Shown one piece after another: positions 36,293-42,087 of a DNA stretch of 42,087 bases. Each line of letters begins with the position of its first letter. Within the stretch, counting starts at the first letter, position 1. Position numbers and translations under genes: made by a program. The notes under the pieces were generated by a model, which saw only the letters and a program-made list of their open reading frames with translations, searched no databases and was not told where the DNA came from. Source of the stretch: a virus; UHGV virus genome UHGV-1352645. One strand, written 5' to 3'.

Positions 36293-36484
36293 TCATTGTG
36301 TCGCCTTCGAAGAATTCTCAAAGAGTCCGCGCAGGAACTTAACCATCGCGTTTGCAGAATCCCGCTGCTCACGGTAGCGCGCCGCTTCTCTCTGCAGGTG
36401 AATGATCTCACCATTCCTCTGGTTGATAATGGCGCGCGCCTCTTCGAGTTGTCGTATCAGCGAGGCCTCTTCGGCAATGTTCAT
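36293..36484 (-). CDS. Hypothetical small coiled-coil protein (last gene of the leftward operon)
   Basis: 63-aa ORF whose stop overlaps the methyltransferase start (ATGA). Confidence 0.3.
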   Translation of the reverse strand: MNIAEEASLIRQLEEARAIINQRNGEIIHLQREAARYREQRDSANAMVKFLRGLFENSSKATQ

Positions 36485-37074
36485 GCGGCCTCCGTCTTCA
36501 CTACCGGCACTGCGCAGCCTGGCAGCAACTCAACCGCCGGCGCCGTGCACTGGTTGCCCCACACGTCGAAACCGTGAGACGACTGGCGGGCAAAGAGCTC
36601 AATGCGCGGGACATCGCCAAGCAGCTGCACCAGTTTCTCGCGGATAACGTCTGGTTTGCGCGAGTTCTCCAGGCGCGGCGCCGTGACGTGCTGGCAGATT
36701 GATGCGTCCATGCGGGCCGGCAGTTTCCCGCGCACCGCAAACAGGCAGTCTTCGCTGTTCGCCCGGGTCATATGTCCCATGCCGATCGCACTGTTCCCTT
36801 TATGCTTGTTCGTCTTGTGCCAGGTGAATCCCTTCATTGTCATCAGGCGGAATCCCCAGGCTTCCATGACTTTCAGCGCCTCTACCGGCTGAGTCGGTAC
36901 CCACCACATAGCCAGAAGGCAATCGTCGGCGGCGAGCTCCCATACTGGCAGCCTGCAGATATCCAGCACATTCATCACCGGGTATTTGAAACCGGCGCCG
37001 CGGTCACCGTCGGCTGCCTTGTCGCGGTATGCCCATGGCGGATCCGCATAAATCAGGGTGTATTTTCCGCTCAT
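36481..37074 (-). CDS. MT-A70 family N6-adenine DNA methyltransferase
   Basis: IYADPPW motif near the N-terminus. 197 aa. Confidence 0.75.
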   Translation of the reverse strand: MSGKYTLIYADPPWAYRDKAADGDRGAGFKYPVMNVLDICRLPVWELAADDCLLAMWWVPTQPVEALKVMEAWGFRLMTMKGFTWHKTNKHKGNSAIGMGHMTRANSEDCLFAVRGKLPARMDASICQHVTAPRLENSRKPDVIREKLVQLLGDVPRIELFARQSSHGFDVWGNQCTAPAVELLPGCAVPVVKTEAA

Positions 37075-37820
37075 GCTGCACCGCCTTCAACGCGCTTAAA
37101 CGAAATAACCCAAACCCAGGGGTCAGCCTTCCAGCTTCCTTCGCCGTAGATGGATGACCACAACTCAGCAAAGTTGTCGTATGGCGTCATAACCTCGCCG
37201 CCGCTATCCGGGTCAGAGTATGTAGGCCGCCACCCGGTAAGCTCCATGCCTTCAGCTTGAGCATCTTCTTGGCTAATAGCGTTCAGCCGCTCAACCCGCA
37301 CGTCGGTGATTTCCAGAAGAATGCGGCTGGCTGCTCTCGGCATATGAATGGAAGGTTTCCAGCACGAACGACCATCTTCATAACCATCGTCATCACCCCA
37401 GGTGAAATCGCCATCAGCTGCATAAATGGCGTGACCAGAGTAATAGCCGTTGCCAAACGGCATTTCATGAATAACCGTAGCCGGCCGGTCTGGCGTCCAT
37501 GGTTGGATTCGACCATCCTCATCCAATTCGTGGCTGACTACTCCCCACGTTTCACGCACCCAGATGCGGTCGCCGACTGCTCCGAACGGGCAGCAATGCT
37601 CCTGAATGAAAAGGTGATAATCGGCAATAGGTGAGTTGCCAGGCGCAAGGTCAGAAACGTGCACCATGCTTTCTAATTTTTTCGATGAAAACCAAAAATC
37701 CCCTGGTCGTGATTTCGATGGCTTCGGCTGTACCTTCATAACCCGCCGAGTCTGCGTCTTCCGGCCGTCGAGGATGGCCCGCACCATCTCCCCGTTAAAA
37801 ATCATTCCGCGTTCTTTCAT
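37071..37820 (-). CDS. ASCH-like domain protein
   Basis: N-terminus MIFNGEMVRAILDGRKTQTRR matches the ASCH GxKxxExR-type motif (compare YqfB AGRKTITIR). Coupled to the methyltransferase. Confidence 0.45.
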   Translation of the reverse strand: MKERGMIFNGEMVRAILDGRKTQTRRVMKVQPKPSKSRPGDFWFSSKKLESMVHVSDLAPGNSPIADYHLFIQEHCCPFGAVGDRIWVRETWGVVSHELDEDGRIQPWTPDRPATVIHEMPFGNGYYSGHAIYAADGDFTWGDDDGYEDGRSCWKPSIHMPRAASRILLEITDVRVERLNAISQEDAQAEGMELTGWRPTYSDPDSGGEVMTPYDNFAELWSSIYGEGSWKADPWVWVISFKRVEGGAA

Positions 37821-37967
37821 ACTGCCACCTTCTTGCTATTCAGTTGCTCAGCCAGGCGCTGAGCCTTCAGCGGGTTCTGGATAACCTGGCCGCCCGGCGC
37901 CAGCCAGCCACGCCGCACGGACGAATAAACCAGCGTGATACTTCCTACGCGAATGCTGTCGTGTGGG

Positions 37968-38261
37968 TTAGTCATAAATCACCCCGGCGGTGGCGCAGAT
38001 CCCGGCATAGCATCCCTGGCGAAGCCGGTTCCCGCGGCCAATGCACTGATCGCGGCGTATAGCGATACGGGCCCGCTCAACCTCGCCAGTGGCCGCATCC
38101 ATGCACTCAAGCCAGAGGCGAGCGGCCAGGCGGAACTGGCCTTTGTTCTCGCGGGCAATAGCGCGCTGCTCGATCTCCATTGCCGCCGGCGTTACGGCGA
38201 CAAGAGGGGGTGCTTTGCGCTGCGAGACATAATCCGCGTGGTATTTTTCCATCCGATTCAT
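37968..38261 (-). CDS. PerC-like transcriptional activator (probable internal start; track ORF extends to 38498)
   Basis: Contains KGQFRLAARLWLECMDA, resembling the PerC signature GLWRRAAARWLDVM. Confidence 0.4.
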   Translation of the reverse strand: MNRMEKYHADYVSQRKAPPLVAVTPAAMEIEQRAIARENKGQFRLAARLWLECMDAATGEVERARIAIRRDQCIGRGNRLRQGCYAGICATAGVIYD

Positions 38262-38370
38262 CGTATCCAACCCTCTCGAAAAATGACCGCCAGCAGGAAC
38301 AGCCAGGCGGATACAGCGGCCAGGTACAGAAACCATCCTGACCACCTTTCCCAGTACCTCGCCAGCGACG

Positions 38371-38619
38371 TCACGCCGCGTTACCAACCGGGCGAAATAC
38401 TCGCTGCTCAACCGGAGGCTTTTTTCCAGCAAACTCTGTGGTGCCGTTCTGCTGACGTTCATCAAGCCAGCGCTCGATCTCTTCGCTGTTCCAGGCACAG
38501 CGCTTGTCTGTGATCCAGAAACGCTTAGGGAACTCCCCGTTTTTCTCCATGCGGTCGATAGTGCTCATCGATACAGGCACCACCGCCAGCAGTTCCTTTT
38601 TGCCTAATGCACCTTTCAT
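38371..38619 (-). CDS. AlpA-family DNA-binding protein (excisionase/regulator-like)
   Basis: MSTIDRMEKNGEFPKR motif. GAGAGG Shine-Dalgarno. Confidence 0.65.
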   Translation of the reverse strand: MKGALGKKELLAVVPVSMSTIDRMEKNGEFPKRFWITDKRCAWNSEEIERWLDERQQNGTTEFAGKKPPVEQRVFRPVGNAA

Positions 38620-38667
38620 CGTTACCTCTCTTTTTTCAGTGCGGCGCCGGGCGCGCCGCGGTGGTGA

Positions 38668-39549
38668 TTACATATGGACTTCGTTCAGTTCGTCTTTGCG
38701 GATGCCGTATACATCGGTGGCAGCGTCCAGTAACTCCTGGTTGCCAGCCAGACGGTGGGCCGCGTATTTGTATGCCTTGTCCAGTTCTGCAACGTTACGA
38801 GCCGCCATAGCCGCAGAAGAGAAGCCAGAGAGAATGTCTTCTGGGGCGCGGTCGTCAGTCTTTTTCGCCTTCTCTTCATGGTGCTGATCGGGGTGCGAAT
38901 TGATCAGCTGATTCATCCCCGCAGCGGTGCTAGCCGGTGGCGTAATGTCGCGCTCAACACGCGGTGCTGCTTCCTGCAATTCGTCAGGGGTGTAGACGCC
39001 AAGGAGAACATCAGGGGCGTGCAGGCGTGCCCAGCGCTTAACACACAGGTAAGCCAGTTGCTGACGCGGATCCTGCTCCCAGAGGGGTGAGTTGCGCACT
39101 CCGGCTTGCGCCATGCTGATGGTCAGGGTGCGAGGCTCAGATTCGCCTTTAAGGGTTGCCCACACTGTCACTGTCAGGCTCGGCGATTTGTCGGTTTTCC
39201 CGCTTACCTTTGACCAGTCGCCATCCCATTTGTAGTTCAGACGAGTGGCCAGAAGGTTTGAGGAAGAGACAACCGCATTAACCAGTTGCGCTTCATAGCC
39301 AAGCGTGCCGTTTACCACATGAGTTTTCTGCGCTACCGCGAACGGGTTCATTCCCCACTGCGCCGCTTGCATAGTCACCGCCATACAGTCTGCCGGCTTC
39401 CCTGCAAGATGCGCCGGAACAGTAACCCTGCTCTGAGCCATCAGCTCAGCAAAGCGCACTAACTGGTTGATGCCTTCCGGGCTGAAGATTGCCGCGGCGG
39501 TGCCGACGGTAGCGCCAGGCTGAGAAGTGATTGCGATATCGTTGCTCAT
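38668..39549 (-). CDS. recT: RecT single-strand annealing protein
   Basis: RecT-family core (GYEAQLVNAVV...) lying downstream of an exonuclease gene. Confidence 0.75.
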   Translation of the reverse strand: MSNDIAITSQPGATVGTAAAIFSPEGINQLVRFAELMAQSRVTVPAHLAGKPADCMAVTMQAAQWGMNPFAVAQKTHVVNGTLGYEAQLVNAVVSSSNLLATRLNYKWDGDWSKVSGKTDKSPSLTVTVWATLKGESEPRTLTISMAQAGVRNSPLWEQDPRQQLAYLCVKRWARLHAPDVLLGVYTPDELQEAAPRVERDITPPASTAAGMNQLINSHPDQHHEEKAKKTDDRAPEDILSGFSSAAMAARNVAELDKAYKYAAHRLAGNQELLDAATDVYGIRKDELNEVHM

Positions 39550-40367
39550 ACGTACATATCCTGTTTACGTGCCCACTCAGGGCGTTTAATAACTTCAAAT
39601 CCACCCCAGTCTCCTGTTTCGCGGCACTGGTGATAGGTATTCAGATCCCGGCGGTATAGCGCATGCCCTGTGTCCACGTCCTGCGCATCCAGTTCGAACA
39701 CCCGCACCGGGTAGCGGCCGCAGTCAATGGTTTCGCTCACTGCCAGGAAGAAGAATCCATGTGGATCGCCGGTGGTTTGCTGCGCGCCTTCGCGGTACAT
39801 CGCGTCCTGTACGTGGTACCGGAATTCCTCAATGTGGCGCGAGAAACGCTCCATATCGGCAACCTTCTTCACGTCCAGCAGGACAGGGTGATTCTTCAGG
39901 CGCTTGTCCGGGCGTATGCGGCACAGCTCGCCAGTCTCCGGATCCGTCCAGTAGTGGGAGGCTTCGCAGAATCCTTCTGCCTCAAGAAGCCAGCGCGCTG
40001 CCGGGTGCGCCATTGCGCTATCACGCATCAGTTTCAGCTTCCGGCCCTGTTCGGCGTCCATTACCGTCATGCCCATGTTCTCGACGTCTTTCAGGAAGGC
40101 TTCCTGATCTGCTTTCCCCTGGTTGGTTCTCAGGTTGAACTGCGGCGCCACGATGAAGCGCTTATCGAACTCTTCCGGCTCCAGAAGAAGGCAGTGCAGG
40201 GCAGTACCCATATCAAGAGCTTTCAGCTTTTCGGTATCGACCGGTGCTGATTTCTGCCACTGCAGAAGGGCCGGGCTCAGCGCCACCATATCCAGCTGTG
40301 ATTTACTCACGCCGTCTCCGGCGTGGTAGTCCTCATTGCTGATATCGAAGTAAATTCCTGGTGTCAT
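39546..40367 (-). CDS. RecE-like 5'-3' exonuclease (exonuclease VIII C-terminal PD-(D/E)XK domain only)
   Basis: N-terminus GIYFDISNEDYHAGDGVSKSQLDMVALSP matches the RecE nuclease-domain start. Coupled to recT. Confidence 0.6.
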   Translation of the reverse strand: MTPGIYFDISNEDYHAGDGVSKSQLDMVALSPALLQWQKSAPVDTEKLKALDMGTALHCLLLEPEEFDKRFIVAPQFNLRTNQGKADQEAFLKDVENMGMTVMDAEQGRKLKLMRDSAMAHPAARWLLEAEGFCEASHYWTDPETGELCRIRPDKRLKNHPVLLDVKKVADMERFSRHIEEFRYHVQDAMYREGAQQTTGDPHGFFFLAVSETIDCGRYPVRVFELDAQDVDTGHALYRRDLNTYHQCRETGDWGGFEVIKRPEWARKQDMYV

Positions 40368-40669
40368 GCCGCGTTCCTCGCCGTATCCAGCTGGTCAGCC
40401 AGATCCCACTTTGCGATGATGCTGGTCAGCGCGGCCTGGTACGCCGCGAGAGCTTCTTCGAATTCCGGGCTCATCATCAGTTCTTCCAGAATCTCGGTGC
40501 GCACGCCTTTGCGCTCCAGTTCGTAGAAAGGTTTCTGCAGCTGGTGGTATTTGAGCGCGTCGATCAGCTCCACCTGGCGCTCATAGTGCATCTGGCTCAG
40601 CTGGTAGTTGCTGTCGATGCTGGTCATGATTTTTTTCAGGTTGTTAATCTGCTGAGTGTTCATACGCAC
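40364..40669 (-). CDS. Hypothetical protein (101 aa)
   Basis: Coupled ORF in the recombination operon. Confidence 0.3.
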   Translation of the reverse strand: MRMNTQQINNLKKIMTSIDSNYQLSQMHYERQVELIDALKYHQLQKPFYELERKGVRTEILEELMMSPEFEEALAAYQAALTSIIAKWDLADQLDTARNAA

Positions 40670-40670
40670 C

Positions 40671-41738
40671 TCAGTACTTGATAGAGACTGCAGATACCTT
40701 CCCGCTGGCGATGGCGATCAGTGCCTTCTCTGCCATTTCCTGCGTAAGTCCGCTTTCAATCAGGTCTGCGATAGCCTGTCGATTGATGCTGCGGCGGTGC
40801 TCTTTATCAGCGGCCCGGCGCGCTTCTTCTTCCGCAATGCGCTTCTGCTCAGCCAGGCGTGCTGATTCAACTTCCTCCTGACGGCGGCGCTCCGCTGCGA
40901 TAGCAGCGTTCTTTTCCTGCTCAGCTTTTTCCGCAGCGGCTTTTGCTTCACGCTCTGCTTTCTGCTGGGCTTCAATTTTTTCGTGCTCTGCGCGTTCAGT
41001 TGCAGCTCTGGCTTCAGATTCACGGCGTGCAGCAGCATCAATTTCAGCCTGTGCCTTTGCCTCTGCATCACGCTTAGCCTGTTCAGCGGCTTCACGGCGG
41101 ATATTCTCTTCACGCTCAAGGCGTGCTTTTTCTTCTGCCTCTTTGCGCAGGCGATCAAGCTCAGCGGCTTCATGTTCGCGCTTTTGCGCTATTACCAGCG
41201 ACGCTTCCAGTTGCTGAATAGTTGAATCTTTAGCCACTCCCGCCTCTGCTGCGCGTTCCTGCCAACTGTCATCCAGCACCACGGATTTAGCTTCCAGAAT
41301 GCGCGCCTGAATATCAGCAGAAGGAAGGTAGTTACCGGCAGAGTCGATCACGTCAGCCAGCGCACGCAAATCCATAAGGCGCTGCTGCAGTGCTTCGGTG
41401 CGCGCCTTTTCAGCCTCTTCCCACTCGGTAAGAGGGCGGCGTACTTCATCGCGCAGCTGATCGCATTCGGTGACGAAACGGCGCAATTCGGCTTCAACCA
41501 CTTTCGGCTGCTCCTTAAGGCGCTTCAGGTAATCCCTGCCAGGTTTCTCTACAGCAGTTTTGCTGCGTGATACCTGTGCGGCCAGCGATGCAATACGAGC
41601 CCGTCCCTTTGCAGTGCTCAGGTCAGGAACTTCGTTTACTCCGGCGCGGATCTTTTCCAGGAAGGAATCAAGCCCGTTCTCAACGTAAATTGCCGGCGCC
41701 ATGTCTGGCGCGATTTCGATAATTGCTAAATCAGTCAC
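40671..41738 (-). CDS. Large coiled-coil protein with K/E/A/R-rich repeats (first gene of the leftward early operon; GTG start after a GGGGGTGAG Shine-Dalgarno)
   Basis: About 355 aa with a long EAKA/REAE-type helical repeat region. The track ORF extends upstream to 41843. Confidence 0.4.
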   Translation of the reverse strand: MTDLAIIEIAPDMAPAIYVENGLDSFLEKIRAGVNEVPDLSTAKGRARIASLAAQVSRSKTAVEKPGRDYLKRLKEQPKVVEAELRRFVTECDQLRDEVRRPLTEWEEAEKARTEALQQRLMDLRALADVIDSAGNYLPSADIQARILEAKSVVLDDSWQERAAEAGVAKDSTIQQLEASLVIAQKREHEAAELDRLRKEAEEKARLEREENIRREAAEQAKRDAEAKAQAEIDAAARRESEARAATERAEHEKIEAQQKAEREAKAAAEKAEQEKNAAIAAERRRQEEVESARLAEQKRIAEEEARRAADKEHRRSINRQAIADLIESGLTQEMAEKALIAIASGKVSAVSIKY

Positions 41739-41897
41739 TTTCTCACCCCCATACCCATTTCCGTTTTTGCTGCCAGTTTGCTGACGAACGCCCAGCTGAT
41801 TGCTTCCGGCAGCGTGCGAAACTTCCAACTCATCAGCCCGCATGCCGTAACGCAGTACCAGCCGTTAATGATTTGCCATTGCATACACACCTCACTA

Positions 41898-42049
41898 TTA
41901 CCATTTGGTAAATGTCAGGGGTATGAGAAAGCCACCCGGTGGTGGGTTTCTGGTAATTCAACGCCCTGCTGTTACCGTTAAGGTAATAATCTGATCAATT
42001 TTCGAATTAGTCAATAGATGTGACGAGGAAAAGTTTACCAAAATGGTAA
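41898..42049. promoter_or_regulatory. Putative OL operator cluster: TTACCATTTGGTAA (41898-41911, 4-nt spacer), TTACCGTTAAGGTAA (41972-41986), TTACCAAAATGGTAA (42035-42049)
   Basis: Three motif copies upstream of the leftward early operon. Mirrors the OR cluster on the other side of the repressor gene if the genome is circular. Confidence 0.5.
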
Positions 42050-42087
42050 ATGTATGAGGCGCGGGAAGTTATCCCCCCGGCAGGATT

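Noticed and set aside
37968-38498. Full-length 176-aa version of the ORF overlapping the AlpA gene
   Set aside because: The N-terminal 80 codons overlap alpA by about 128 nt and are Arg/Ser-rich. The internal ATG giving a 96-aa PerC-like protein is more plausible.
1-42087. CRISPR arrays, IS elements, rRNA genes, T7-type promoters (TAATACGACTCACTATAG-like)
   Set aside because: No spaced direct-repeat arrays, no transposase-like ORFs or terminal inverted repeats, no rRNA-like segments, and no T7 promoter-like 23-mers were seen on reading both strands.

Overview
The window looks like a near-complete, circularly permuted genome (about 42 kb) of a temperate enterobacterial podovirus. Its virion module is T7-like and collinear with T7 genes 6.7 through 17: a gp6.7-like protein, gp8-like portal, scaffold, major capsid, tail tubular proteins A and B (gp11/gp12-like), gp14/gp15/gp16-like internal virion proteins and a 1384-aa gp17-like tail fiber/tailspike. 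There is no phage RNA polymerase, DNA polymerase or primase-helicase, and no T7-type promoters. Control and accessory functions are lambdoid. A double-HTH CI-like repressor lies at the left window edge, divergent from a Cro/YdaS-like gene. A rightward early operon carries Ead/Ea22-like and DUF551 genes, then small and large terminase. A P4-type integrase sits next to an attP-like repeat region. A leftward early operon encodes a coiled-coil protein, RecE-like exonuclease, RecT, AlpA, PerC-like, ASCH-like and MT-A70 methyltransferase genes. The lysis cassette has two holin-like proteins, a GH19 endolysin and Rz with embedded Rz1. Between the gp16-like and gp17-like genes is an AT-rich moron island. 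It carries a secreted protein, a YafO-like toxin translationally coupled to an unrecognised upstream partner, a Bro-N antirepressor, and a LexA-box-controlled leftward operon encoding a paralog of the Ant C-terminal domain plus HicB-HicA. The most striking unexplained signals are four. First, a 15-bp palindrome TTACC-N5-GGTAA recurs at least ten times in intergenic regions (the putative OR and OL sites plus stoperator-like sites elsewhere). Second, two LexA boxes accompany a repressor that lacks an S24 autopeptidase domain. Third, a 12-bp palindrome GTGACATGTCAC occurs three times. Fourth, a roughly 930-bp ORF-free region after the packaging genes contains leftward terminators and a 24-bp palindrome. 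All calls rest on reading the sequence and remembered family signatures; no database searches were run.
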